A DNA stretch of 64,000 bases from an uncultured Candidatus Binatia bacterium (GCA_965214605.1 OZ243961.1:3712001-3776000), one strand, 5' to 3'. Numbered from the stretch's first letter, positions 48,367-58,567 are shown. The notes: generated from the letters alone by a model not told the origin. Translations and numbers: made by a program.

Positions 48367-49457
48367 AAGCAGCCATTTTATACGAACTCAACGCCCCGGT
48401 CCAGGTCGAGGATGTTGATCTAGACAGCCCTAAGGCAGGCGAGGTTCGGGTCAAAATCGCGGCGAATGGCGTGTGTCATAGCGACTATTCGGTCATTCAC
48501 GGGGTTCTACGTTCGCCTCTGCCGGTGGTGCTAGGTCACGAGGGGGCCGGTGTTGTTGAGGAGGTCGGACCTGGGGTGAACCTAGTCAAGGCCGGCGATC
48601 ATGTCGTGTTATCGTTCGCGCCCTACTGCGGCCGCTGCTATTACTGCTCGATCGGTAGCCCGGTCCTGTGCACCAATATGCGCATGACGATGGGAAAGGG
48701 CTCCCTGTTGGATGGAACGTGCCGCTTGAAGAAGCACGGCAAAGAGATTCACCATATGGCTGGGCTGTCGAGTTTTGCCGAGTACGCCGTGGTTGATCAG
48801 ACGGCGTGTATTCCAATTCCCGACAACGTTCCCCTCGATAAGGCCTGCCTAGTCGGCTGCGGGGTGATGACCGGCCTGGGAGCTGCCACCAACACAGCCA
48901 AGGTCCAACCCGGTAGCAGCGCAGTGGTCATTGGCTGCGGCGGTGTTGGCCTGAACACGATTCAGGGCTGTGTCCTGGCTGGGGCTAGCACGATCATCGC
49001 CGTTGATCTGATGGATAACAAACTCGAGTTTGCCAAAGAGTTTGGCGCAACCCATACGATTAACCCCGGCCGGGAAGAGCTCGTTAGGACAGTCCGGGGG
49101 CTGACCGAGGGACGTGGGGCTGACTATGCGTTTGAGGTCATCGGGCTGGGCAAAACGATTGAGCAGGCCTATGCGTGTACTCGCCAGGGAGGGATGACCG
49201 TTGTGGTCGGCGCCCCCTCGCGAGAAGATACGGTCACCATTCCGGCTGCAAGCCTGCTGACCGAGAAATCCATCAAGGGATCGCTGTACGGCTCGACGCG
49301 GCCCCGGGTAGACATGCCGCGGCTGATTGAGCTGTATATGAATAAGCGCATCAAGCTCGATGAGCTGGTGACCAGAACTTACTCCCTGGACGAAATTAAC
49401 GACGCTATGGACGCGTTGGAAAAGGGTGAGGTGGCGCGTAGTGTGGTGGTCATGTAG
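48363..49457 (+). CDS. Zn-dependent alcohol dehydrogenase (class III-like MDR)
   Basis: GVCHSD, LGHEGAG, structural Zn CGRCYYC...C, GCGVMTG, GCGGVG. Confidence 0.93.
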   Translation: MKAAILYELNAPVQVEDVDLDSPKAGEVRVKIAANGVCHSDYSVIHGVLRSPLPVVLGHEGAGVVEEVGPGVNLVKAGDHVVLSFAPYCGRCYYCSIGSPVLCTNMRMTMGKGSLLDGTCRLKKHGKEIHHMAGLSSFAEYAVVDQTACIPIPDNVPLDKACLVGCGVMTGLGAATNTAKVQPGSSAVVIGCGGVGLNTIQGCVLAGASTIIAVDLMDNKLEFAKEFGATHTINPGREELVRTVRGLTEGRGADYAFEVIGLGKTIEQAYACTRQGGMTVVVGAPSREDTVTIPAASLLTEKSIKGSLYGSTRPRVDMPRLIELYMNKRIKLDELVTRTYSLDEINDAMDALEKGEVARSVVVM

Positions 49458-49499
49458 CGGGCGAAGCCTGGTACATGAGACGGACGGGGTCTGCCCACT

Positions 49500-49850
49500 C
49501 TGTGCTGCAGCGGTGCTGCCTCGGAGACTTTTCTATAGTCCTGAATCGGCCCGTCCCGCATCTTGAACACATTCGCAAGCGGAACGCTGAGTTGGCTACT
49601 GTCCTGACGGATATCGGTCACCTGACCGCGTCGGGCTGTTGTCAGGTATCAAGTACCTGGTGCCGGATTGCTTTGATGCTGGCTAAAAAACCGGCCACGG
49701 CCTCCCGTGCCGCGTCTTTACCTCTGACCGGCTCGGCGTTGGCAAATACAAAATTTGCGGTGGAGGTCAAAAACGAGGCGAAACCGACCGGGTCCTTGCT
49801 CTTGAGAGTGTGAAAGAGTTCTCGAATCCAAATAGGGATATAGACTGGCT
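49500..49850 (-). pseudogene. SnoaL/NTF2-like pseudogene
   Basis: WIRELFHTL...FASFLT...FVFANAEPVRGKDAAREAVAGF...RHQVLDT, TGA at 49644-49642, QQPDAV, then a frameshift to VTDIRQDSSQLSVPLANVFKMRDGPIQDY; no in-frame start. Confidence 0.75.
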
Positions 49851-50014
49851 ATCCTTGCCTATCTTGCAATCTCGCTCTCGTTCCCATTCTGACAATTTTC
49901 CCCGCGTATCGAAACAGCTCTCTTTTCCGTTGTAAAGCCCCTGTTGTCCTGCTAGACAGGGATGACGTTTGGGCTAATGAAGCGAAACGCCTTGGCCCTA
50001 TGAGGAGCATATGT

Positions 50015-51433
50015 ATGAACAAGCGCATCTATTTGAACGCCTTTCACATGAACTGCGTTGTTCATCAGTCGCCAGGACTGTGGATCCGCGAAGATGATAA
50101 CATGGTCAATTATACCGACCTCAATCAGTGGGTGGAACTGGCCAAACTGCTGGAACGGGGAAGGTTTGACGCGCTGTTCTTGGCCGATGTAGTCGGGGTG
50201 TACGATGTGTTTCGCGGCAACCGGGAAGCGGCCGTATCCGAAGCTGCCCAGATACCGGTCAACGATCCCATGCTGTTAATCCCCGCCATGGCGCAGGCGA
50301 CTCAACATCTGGGCTTTGGTTTCACCAGTTCCATATTGCAATATCCCCCGTTTACCTTTGCCCGGCTCATCTCGACCCTTGACCATCTCACCAAAGGGCG
50401 CATTGCCTGGAATATTGTGACCTCGTACCTCGAAAGCGCGGGTCGAAACTATGGGCAGACGGGGTTGCCTGAGCATGACGAACGCTACGCCATAGCCGAT
50501 GAGTACTGCGACGTGTGTTACAAGCTGTGGGAGACGAGCTGGGAGGACGACGCGGTCGTCAAAGACCGAGCACGAGGCATCTACGCCGATCCAGCCAAAG
50601 TGCATGAGGTCAAGCATGACGGCCGCTATTACCGCGTGCACGGCTGCCACTTGTCCGAACCTTCTCCGCAACGGACCCCGGTTCTCTTCCAGGCCGGGGC
50701 GTCGTCACGTGGGCGCGAGTTTGCCGCCCGCCATGCCGAATGTGTATTCGTACTTGGCTCAAAGCCCGAGGTGGATGGACAGTACATTCGGGATATCCGT
50801 CGGCTTGCTCATCAGCAGGGGAGAAATCCCGAAGAGATTCTGTGTTTTGCGTATGTGAAGGTTATCACTGGTGAGACAGAAGCCGTGGCGAAGCGCAAGT
50901 ACGAGGAATATTTTGAACAGTGTCGGTACGATGGAGGATTGGCACTACTGAGTGGCTGGAGTGGGATTGACTTTGGACAGTTTGAGCCAGATCAGCCGCT
51001 GGAATATATTGAGACCAACGCCATCCGCACGCTCGTCCACAGCTTTACCGAGGGCGATCCAAGTCGTCAATGGACCATGCGCGATTTGGCCCGCTACGTT
51101 GGCATTGGGGGAGCTGGGCCGGTATTGGTCGGTCCGCCAGAACACATTGCCGATCAGTTTGAGGACTGGATTGCGGCTGGCGTTGACGGGTTCAACCTCG
51201 CCTATACGACAACCCCAGGTTCGTTTGAAGAGTTTATCGACGGTGTTGTTCCTGTACTCCAAAAGCGTGGCCGCATACAACAGGAATATGCACCCGGAAC
51301 ATTACGGGAAAAACTCTATGGAAGCGGCCGTACCCGACTCCTTGACCCACATCCGGCTGCCCAGCACCGGTATCTGGGAGCCGCTACCCCTGTGTCACCA
51401 GACCAGCTCAGGTGTGAGCGAGACGCTCACTGA
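50015..51433 (+). CDS. LLM class flavin-dependent monooxygenase, NtaA/DszA/SnaA family
   Basis: LERGRFDALFLAD, TLDHLTKGRIAWNIVTS, SPQRTPVLFQAGAS, GTLREKL; GAGGAG RBS. Confidence 0.92.
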   Translation: MNKRIYLNAFHMNCVVHQSPGLWIREDDNMVNYTDLNQWVELAKLLERGRFDALFLADVVGVYDVFRGNREAAVSEAAQIPVNDPMLLIPAMAQATQHLGFGFTSSILQYPPFTFARLISTLDHLTKGRIAWNIVTSYLESAGRNYGQTGLPEHDERYAIADEYCDVCYKLWETSWEDDAVVKDRARGIYADPAKVHEVKHDGRYYRVHGCHLSEPSPQRTPVLFQAGASSRGREFAARHAECVFVLGSKPEVDGQYIRDIRRLAHQQGRNPEEILCFAYVKVITGETEAVAKRKYEEYFEQCRYDGGLALLSGWSGIDFGQFEPDQPLEYIETNAIRTLVHSFTEGDPSRQWTMRDLARYVGIGGAGPVLVGPPEHIADQFEDWIAAGVDGFNLAYTTTPGSFEEFIDGVVPVLQKRGRIQQEYAPGTLREKLYGSGRTRLLDPHPAAQHRYLGAATPVSPDQLRCERDAH

Positions 51434-51643
51434 CCACCTCCTCCTCTCTCTGAGGGGCTGCATTATATTGATCGCTTCTAGTGGGGTCGAACCGTCTTGA
51501 GCGACCGGGCTTTTGCGCCCCACCTCTTTACTCTTGACGCAGAAGCGTTTATCTTCCGGCGGTGCACGGGAGTAGCGAGGTTCACCCGACTGTCCGTATT
51601 TTTACACCCCAGGAGAGGTCTGTTATGAGGGAGGGAATCATTG

Positions 51644-53704
51644 ATGGGCACGCTTGCTAACGTTTCGCCTGCTTTAGGCATCATCGGTCTGGTGGTCGCA
51701 TTTCTGATCTACCGCTCGGTCGCCAGCCGCTCGGCTGGCAGCGAGCGGATGCGGGAGATTTCGGGCTACATTTATGAAGGTGCGATGGCCTTTCTCAAGC
51801 GCGAATATCAGATTTTGAGTATCTTTGTGATTGTGGTTTTTCTGCTGCTGATATGGGCTGTTGCCTGGCAAACCGGGGTTGCCTTTCTGACCGGGGCGAT
51901 CTTTTCTGTCCTGGCCGGACTTTTTGGCATGCAGTCCGCCACCAAGGCCAACGTTCGGACGTCTGAGGCGGCCCGAGCAGAAGGTCAAGCTGCGGCTCTG
52001 TTGACTGCCTTTGACGGTGGTGCGGTGATGGGCCTGGCGGTGGCCAGCCTAGGCCTGCTTGGCGTGGGCATCTTCCTCGGTGTGTTCTCCGATCCTGCGA
52101 CCTCACGCTACATCAGCGGTTTTGCGATGGGAGCGAGCTCAATTGCGCTCTTTGCCCGGGTCGGCGGTGGGATTTATACCAAGGCGGCTGACGTTGGCAG
52201 TGACCTCGTTGGAAAAGTCGAGGCTGGCATCCCCGAAGATGATCCGCGCAACCCTGGTGTAATTGCTGATAACGTCGGTGATAACGTCGGTGATGTGGCC
52301 GGTATGGGAGCGGATATTTTTGAGTCGTATGTGGGCTCCATCATCGCCACAATCGCCATTGGTGCCACCGTGATAGCGGGGAGCGACAACTGGCACAAAC
52401 TGGGGGGGGACGTCGTTGAAGACGCCATTCTCCGTAGTGCCCTGATGGCTTTGCCTCTCAGCATGGCGGCAATCGGCCTGCTGGCGTCGTTTCTGGGCAT
52501 TGCTTCAATGCGGGGCCTCAAGAGTATCGGCCCTCAGGCTGCCCTGCGCTATGCCGGCTGGATTGCGGCTGGCGCGTTTCTGATCGTCGCCTTTGTCTTA
52601 ATCGTTATCTCTCCGGTCAAGACCGGCATCTTCTGGGCACTGGCCGCCGGCTGCCTTGTCGGCATTGGCATCGGCCTGATCACCGAGTACTATACCTCAG
52701 CCGGCCCGGTCGAGCGGATCGCCGAAGCTAGCAAAACGGGCTATGCCACCAACATCATTCACGGTATGGCGGTTGGCCTCGAAAGCTGCGCTCTGCCCGT
52801 GCTGGGTATCTGCGTGGCGATCTTCATCGCCAACTATTTTGCTGGCCTGTACGGCATCGGCATTGCCGGGGTCGGTATGCTGGCTACCGTCGGTATAACT
52901 ATGACGGTGGATGCCTACGGCCCGGTCGCCGATAATGCCGGGGGGATTTCAGAGATGGCCGAACTCGGGCCTGAGGTGCGTAAAATTACCGATGGTCTCG
53001 ACGCCCTTGGCAACACCACTGCGGCAATGGGCAAGGGTTTCGCGATCGGCTCGGCGGCTCTGACCGCCCTCGCCCTCTTTTCAGCTTTCACCCAGGCCGT
53101 TGATCAAAATAGGATCGCCGCTGGTATGGAACCGCTGCGAATCATTGTCACCGACCCTATTGTGGTCATCGGCCTGTTGCTGGGCGGCATCCTCCCGTTC
53201 TTTATCGGCGCTCTGACCATGACCGCGGTGGGCCGTGCGGCAAGCCAGATGGTGGATGAGATCCGCCGGCAGTTCCGTGAGATTCCAGGGTTGCTGGAGG
53301 GCAAACAGGGAGCCCGGCCCGACGCGGCTAGGTGCGTTGATATTTCCACCGCGGCCGCCCTCAAAGAAATGATCGTGCCCGGTCTAACCGCGGTCGTTGC
53401 CCCGGTCGTTGTAGGCTTAGGGCTGGGTGCGGCGGCGCTGGGCGGTATGCTGGCCGGAGCGACCGTCACCGGCGTGTTGCTGGCGTTGCTCATGGCCAAC
53501 GCCGGTGGCGCGTGGGACAATGCCAAAAAGGCCATTGAAAACGGGAACATCCCGGGCGAGGCCAAAGGCGGCGAGGCCCATAAAGCGGCCGTTGTCGGCG
53601 ACACCGTCGGCGACCCTTTCAAGGACACCTCCGGCCCCTCGCTCAACATCCTGATCAAACTGATGTCCATCGTGGCGCTGGTGATTGCACCGCTCTTGGT
53701 CTAG
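51644..53704 (+). CDS. hppA: Membrane-bound pyrophosphatase, K+-dependent (probably Na+-translocating)
   Basis: [35 protein letters not shown] (Ala at the K+-dependence position), [14 protein letters not shown]. Confidence 0.95.
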   Translation: MGTLANVSPALGIIGLVVAFLIYRSVASRSAGSERMREISGYIYEGAMAFLKREYQILSIFVIVVFLLLIWAVAWQTGVAFLTGAIFSVLAGLFGMQSATKANVRTSEAARAEGQAAALLTAFDGGAVMGLAVASLGLLGVGIFLGVFSDPATSRYISGFAMGASSIALFARVGGGIYTKAADVGSDLVGKVEAGIPEDDPRNPGVIADNVGDNVGDVAGMGADIFESYVGSIIATIAIGATVIAGSDNWHKLGGDVVEDAILRSALMALPLSMAAIGLLASFLGIASMRGLKSIGPQAALRYAGWIAAGAFLIVAFVLIVISPVKTGIFWALAAGCLVGIGIGLITEYYTSAGPVERIAEASKTGYATNIIHGMAVGLESCALPVLGICVAIFIANYFAGLYGIGIAGVGMLATVGITMTVDAYGPVADNAGGISEMAELGPEVRKITDGLDALGNTTAAMGKGFAIGSAALTALALFSAFTQAVDQNRIAAGMEPLRIIVTDPIVVIGLLLGGILPFFIGALTMTAVGRAASQMVDEIRRQFREIPGLLEGKQGARPDAARCVDISTAAALKEMIVPGLTAVVAPVVVGLGLGAAALGGMLAGATVTGVLLALLMANAGGAWDNAKKAIENGNIPGEAKGGEAHKAAVVGDTVGDPFKDTSGPSLNILIKLMSIVALVIAPLLV

Positions 53705-53728
53705 CAGTCCTCTCTCTGTGTCGGTTTT

Positions 53729-53758
53729 AAGGGCGGGTCTTGGACCTGCCCTTTTTTT
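53729..53758 (+). terminator. Intrinsic terminator after hppA
   Basis: AAGGGCGGGTC-TTG-GACCTGCCC followed by TTTTTTT. Confidence 0.85.
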
Positions 53759-54494
53759 AGCTTGAAAGCCGCGGCGAACACGAACTCGGCGCGCCCGCGG
53801 GGGTGATGCGAGGACAGGGGAGGAAACGATTGGTAGACCAGTTCGCCTCTCCCTCTTTCACCCTTCAAAGGGCACGGCTAGTGCTTTTTGTTCTTGTTAG
53901 GACTGTTGAAAATGATTGCTTCCAAATTCCGAGAGATTTTCACCTCCGCTAGAATCAGATCAATCAAGTGCTGACGCTCGTCGTCTGAAAGTTTGAAAGC
54001 CTTCCAGGACAGCACAAAATCAAAGCAAAGTCCCGTGCCGAAAGCGTCGTCCCAGCAGGGGAGAGCAATCTCCTACCAGAATCCCGTAAGCGTGGGACTG
54101 TCTTATGCGTGAGCGCCTTGCGGCTGTCAGTACTCGTAGATGGTGACCGAGTCCCCCCCTTTTCCCCTTTGAGCCTCGATTTTAGCTTTAATGACCACTC
54201 GAGGTTTCCGGTCCTGATTCGTCACTTGCTCAGAGATGAGTCAGTCGGTCTGGCAAGAAATATCGTTGCCGTTTTCAACTCGTGGTCCGTATAGCTCAAT
54301 ATCCCGCGCCTATAGGCGAGCTTTTTCTGATCGGTAACCGATGAGTTTTGGCATCTCTTCTGGGTCAATGGCTCTCTCTGAACTACGTGGACGATTGAGT
54401 GGACCCCCCCCTTCTCTTTTCTTTCATTGCTGGACTTCTGCTGCAAGTAAGCCTCAGTAAGCTGCGTTCCGTTGATCCGACACCCCCGCCGCCG

Positions 54495-56279
54495 TCACAT
54501 GGCATCCCGCTTGATCCGCCCCTGCTCGTCGGCCGTCCAGGCCGGTAGGACGAGAGCGGCTGGCACTTCAAGCAGGGTGAGCCGCTTTCTGCCTTTTGGC
54601 CCGGTGCCCTGACTGATGTCGAGTCGCCGCACTTGCGGGAAAACCTCGTCGGGACTGATTGCTCCCTCGTTATTTCGTCGGTCGAGTTGGCGCAGACGCT
54701 CCCATTCTTTCTCCCATGCCAGGATGTAATATGGCTCAGTCGGGGTCGTTGAGGGCGAGTAAAACGGGATGTGCCGGTCGGCGTAGAACAGGGCTCCGCT
54801 GTCAAAGCAGCGGTAGAAGAACAGCGGCCGCGCACCGACCTGTGAAGCGATACGGTCCATGAACGGCCGGTAGGTCCGGGCCGTAGCAATCGTCGGCTGA
54901 ATAACGTGGTTTACAAGCAAAAACATGCTTGTTGTAAAGACCGCTAGTGCCCCGAACACCGCTTCCCAGGTGCGGCGGCGCAAACCTAACACTAGTCCGG
55001 TCATTGCTCCGCCAACGCCCACCATCCAGGCGCCGAAGGCCAAGGGATGAGACGCCACGACTCCGCTGAACAGCGGCAGATTACTCTGATCCTTGGGGTG
55101 TAGCAGAGGTCGGATCAGGGCGAACGGGTCCAGGCCGCCGGCTTCGGCCACTACTCCGATCACTGCGATAACAATGACGGCGGCGCTTGCATAACCGCCT
55201 CCCCGCAAAAGTCGATTAAATCCCCGTGGTAGCTCGACCTCGTCTCGGCGCAGTGCTTGCCACCATGCTCCGAGCAGCAGGGCCGCGGCCGGATACAACG
55301 GTAAGATGTACACGCTGCGTTTACTGCTAGAGGCCGAATAGAACACAAACACGACCGTAAACCAAACAAGTGGGAACAGGAGCTGTTGCTGTGCCCAGCG
55401 GCCGCGAGACCGATATAGAAAATAGACCAGCGGCGGGAAGAAAAAGCTCCACGGGGCCATACCCATGAAGAAGTTGGGGATAAAATAGTAGAAGGGATGA
55501 ACGTGTCCGGCACCGGCCGATCCGCTGGAGATAAACCGCAGCAGGTTCTCTTTCAGAATCTGCTTTTCAAAAAACGCCTCGCCGCCCTGCCACAGCGCCA
55601 GTCCATACCACGCGCCGGCCACACACAGGTACAGCAACCCACCGCTGAATAGATGCATGCGGTGCAGAAATCCGAGCTCTCGGCGGAGCAACAAAAATCC
55701 TCCCACGATCAGTCCTGGCAGCACGCCCCCGACCGGCCCTTTAGCCAGGGTTGCCAGGCCGGCCAGGCCAAAGAAACCAAGCGCATGAGTCCAGCCGAAA
55801 CGCCGAGTGCGGTAGCCCGACCAAAAGGTCAACAGAGCGGCGACCATGAAAAACGTCAGTGTCATATCGACCCGGGCTGTGGTTGCGGCGCGGACCCATT
55901 CAAAACTCGTTGCCAGGCACAGACCGGCGAGCAGTCCGGCCTCGACTCCCCACACCGCGACTGCCGTTCGGTAGGTCAGAACTACGCCCAACAGGGCGAG
56001 TAGAGCCGATGGGAGACGGATCGCAAATTCGTTCAGCGCTCCCTGAAGGTGGGCCGTGAGCGCGCCGAGCCAGTGAAAGAGCGGCGGTTTTGAGGGAATT
56101 ATATGGCCGTTGCGTAGGGGTAAGATCCATTCCCCGTGGGTATAGATCTCCCACACCACAGTGGCTTCTCGGGGTTGGCCTTTGGTATAAAAAGGCAGAT
56201 CGCCCAGTCCCCAGACGTACAGGCCGAGGCACAGGCAAACGAGACCGATAGCGGCGGGCAGGGGGCGCACGGGTCTCAA
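54495..56279 (-). CDS. ArnT-like GT-C glycosyltransferase (PMT_2/GT39/GT83-like), paralog 2
   Basis: WILPLRNG...KPPLFHW, RLPSA, ARVDM, ATLAKGPVG, HPFYYF, KRSVYILPLYP; multi-TM. Confidence 0.88.
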   Translation of the reverse strand: MRPVRPLPAAIGLVCLCLGLYVWGLGDLPFYTKGQPREATVVWEIYTHGEWILPLRNGHIIPSKPPLFHWLGALTAHLQGALNEFAIRLPSALLALLGVVLTYRTAVAVWGVEAGLLAGLCLATSFEWVRAATTARVDMTLTFFMVAALLTFWSGYRTRRFGWTHALGFFGLAGLATLAKGPVGGVLPGLIVGGFLLLRRELGFLHRMHLFSGGLLYLCVAGAWYGLALWQGGEAFFEKQILKENLLRFISSGSAGAGHVHPFYYFIPNFFMGMAPWSFFFPPLVYFLYRSRGRWAQQQLLFPLVWFTVVFVFYSASSSKRSVYILPLYPAAALLLGAWWQALRRDEVELPRGFNRLLRGGGYASAAVIVIAVIGVVAEAGGLDPFALIRPLLHPKDQSNLPLFSGVVASHPLAFGAWMVGVGGAMTGLVLGLRRRTWEAVFGALAVFTTSMFLLVNHVIQPTIATARTYRPFMDRIASQVGARPLFFYRCFDSGALFYADRHIPFYSPSTTPTEPYYILAWEKEWERLRQLDRRNNEGAISPDEVFPQVRRLDISQGTGPKGRKRLTLLEVPAALVLPAWTADEQGRIKRDAM

Positions 56280-56282
56280 TTC

Positions 56283-58019
56283 TTAGTCCGACGAACCGGA
56301 CGACGTGTCCGATTTTGCCGGCAACAGCGTAACCAGAGCTAAACGATGCTTTTTATCCGGCCCTCTGCCATGACTCGTGACCAGATGCGCGAGTCGAGGC
56401 GATTCAGTCGGTGGCAGTCGGTGCCAGTCTTCCTCGCGCATAAGCAAATACAGCTGTGAGTCGCCATTTGTCGCCAGGTGAGCTAAATCCTGGGTGTAGG
56501 ATGGGATGCGCCGGTCGGCATAAAAATTTGCGCCGTAGTCATAGGCCTTTTTATAGAAGTACAGCGGCGCGTTTTGCACGGTTGAACGGGCTCCCAGCAT
56601 AAACGGTTTATACGTTCGCTCTTTGGCTAAAATCGGATGAAAGAGCGCGTTGGTAAAATACAGCGAGGAGGACACGAGAACGGTCAGAGCGGCAAACACC
56701 CACATCCACTGCTTCCGCTTGAAGCCCACAAAATACCAGCCTAGAGCAAACGCCAGTATACTCAGCCACACCATAACGACCAGGACATGGCTCTGTAAGC
56801 CCTGGGCCACCAGGGGCAGATTGGCCTGATCGCGGGGATGTAAAAAGGGCAAGACAAGATGGGCGAGATCAATCCCGGCTCCGTGGGCGAGGAGGCCCAA
56901 GACAATGGCCGCAAATCCGCCTCCCAGTAGCACAGCCGACGCATGGGTGAGACGTTTGACAGTGGGCGAGAAGGCCACCGCCCGATCTATCAATTCTTGC
57001 CACCACACCCCCAGCAAGAGGGCCAGAGCCGGGTACAGGGGCAGGGTGTAATTGCTCCGCTTGCCGGAAGCCAGGCTAAAGAACAGCAGTTCAACCCCAC
57101 ACCAGATAATCAGATAGCGACGCTGAGCGTCGTCCCGGCTGTGGGAGTGGTACAGAGCGCAGATCAGGGCCGGAAAAAATAGACTCCATGGCAACATACC
57201 GGCGCATAAGGTCGGTATATAGTAATAAAAAGAGTGATCCCGGCTCGGCCCACCCTGCTCGCTGGCAAAGAAGCGAAAGATGTTCTCATCCAGAATTTGG
57301 CGTGAGATGAACTCTCCGCCACCCTCGGATATGGCGAGTACGTACCACGACGCCGCAATCAGAAGTGTGACCAGCGGCCCACCCAGAATCTTCATCCGCC
57401 GGAGGAATTGTAGGTCTCGGCGATCGGCCAGAAAGGCCACAATAACCAGGCTCGGCAGCAGGAACCCCAACGGCCCTTTGGCCAAAGTTGCCAGCCCCAG
57501 GCTTATATAAAACAAATATGCCGTGCCACGCCGGGTTGCGCGTTGTTGCCACAGGTGAAAAAAGCTCAACATAGCCACGGTCAGGAAAAGGACCAGCAAC
57601 ATGTCACTCCGGGCATGAATAGCCCAGCGCGCCCACTCCGGTGAGGTGGCCAGTATAAGCGCGCCAAACAGCCCTACCCGCCAGCTCCACAACGCTTGAC
57701 CAAAGAAAAAAGTCAGCACCACCGTAGCAGTGGCGGCAAAGGCCGAGGGCGCCCGCACGGCAAACTCACTGACCTGACCGCTGAGCAGCGAGAGACCAGC
57801 CCCAAGCCAGTGGAACAGCGGTGGTTTGAGCGGCATCTCGGTGCCGTTACGCCTAGGCAGAATCCAGCCGCCGTCGTTGACGATCTCCCAGACTATCAGC
57901 GCCTCTTTCGACTCTTCGTAGTTGTAAAACGGGATGCGCCCTAATTCCCAGAAATAGAGCAAGGAACACAGAAACAGAAGTCCGCCAACCGTTCGTCTGC
58001 TCCGCTGCGCTTCAAACAT
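56283..58019 (-). CDS. ArnT-like GT-C glycosyltransferase (PMT_2/GT39/GT83-like), paralog 1
   Basis: WILPRRNG...KPPLFHW, RAPSA, ARSDM, ATLAKGPLG, HSFYYY, KRSNYTLPLYP; GAGG RBS. Confidence 0.9.
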   Translation of the reverse strand: MFEAQRSRRTVGGLLFLCSLLYFWELGRIPFYNYEESKEALIVWEIVNDGGWILPRRNGTEMPLKPPLFHWLGAGLSLLSGQVSEFAVRAPSAFAATATVVLTFFFGQALWSWRVGLFGALILATSPEWARWAIHARSDMLLVLFLTVAMLSFFHLWQQRATRRGTAYLFYISLGLATLAKGPLGFLLPSLVIVAFLADRRDLQFLRRMKILGGPLVTLLIAASWYVLAISEGGGEFISRQILDENIFRFFASEQGGPSRDHSFYYYIPTLCAGMLPWSLFFPALICALYHSHSRDDAQRRYLIIWCGVELLFFSLASGKRSNYTLPLYPALALLLGVWWQELIDRAVAFSPTVKRLTHASAVLLGGGFAAIVLGLLAHGAGIDLAHLVLPFLHPRDQANLPLVAQGLQSHVLVVMVWLSILAFALGWYFVGFKRKQWMWVFAALTVLVSSSLYFTNALFHPILAKERTYKPFMLGARSTVQNAPLYFYKKAYDYGANFYADRRIPSYTQDLAHLATNGDSQLYLLMREEDWHRLPPTESPRLAHLVTSHGRGPDKKHRLALVTLLPAKSDTSSGSSD

Positions 58020-58135
58020 GCCTCACCTCGCCGCCCGCTCAGGCGTGAGCCGCTCCCAGAACTATCCCAGGTGGCAAGACCACCGGCTCGGCTGGGGTGT
58101 TGCTAGGGCGATTGAGCGAGCGTCTAACCCAGATC

Positions 58136-58402
58136 TCAGCGTGATTCCTCACGTTTCAGCACCCGGTATGCTGTGAGGAGTTGATCGACCCGTTCTTGCT
58201 CGGAAGAGTAGCGTTTCAGACCGAGAAAAAGTTTGACCAACTCATCCTCCCCTGCTTCTTCCGCCGGCTGCAGCACTTTGAGTAACTCATCCACCAGGTT
58301 TGGGAATTTTTCGCTCGGAATGTAATAGTGGGCCCAACCAAACTCGCAGTGACGATGTAGAATCTTCGCAATCATCTTCTCCAGCGAGTCCCGTCCTGCC
58401 AT
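58136..58402 (-). CDS. Small hypothetical protein (88 aa)
   Basis: AAGGAGG RBS, upstream sigma70-like promoter, helical amphipathic composition. Confidence 0.7.
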   Translation of the reverse strand: MAGRDSLEKMIAKILHRHCEFGWAHYYIPSEKFPNLVDELLKVLQPAEEAGEDELVKLFLGLKRYSSEQERVDQLLTAYRVLKREESR

Positions 58403-58471
58403 GAAACCAAATCCTCCTTACACGCTTCACGCCGAGGTCGCTTCTGCGTCCTCGCCTCTCGGGGCGCCGCC

Positions 58472-58500
58472 ACCTTAATGCCTCCACCGGTTGGAGTCAA
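58472..58500 (-). promoter_or_regulatory. Sigma70-type promoter for the 88-aa ORF / ArnT-like run
   Basis: Minus strand TTGACT-17 nt-TAAGGT. Confidence 0.55.
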
Positions 58501-58567
58501 GATAAAAGCCGGGCGCCGGCTAGGGGCCTCTTGCCGTAGTCGGCGGTTTTTGTCACAACCGCCGACC

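Noticed and set aside
49642-49644. TGA recoding (Trp or selenocysteine) in the SnoaL-like remnant
   Set aside because: TGA serves as a normal stop in many genes here (murE, mraY, pyrG), and the remnant also has a frameshift and no start.
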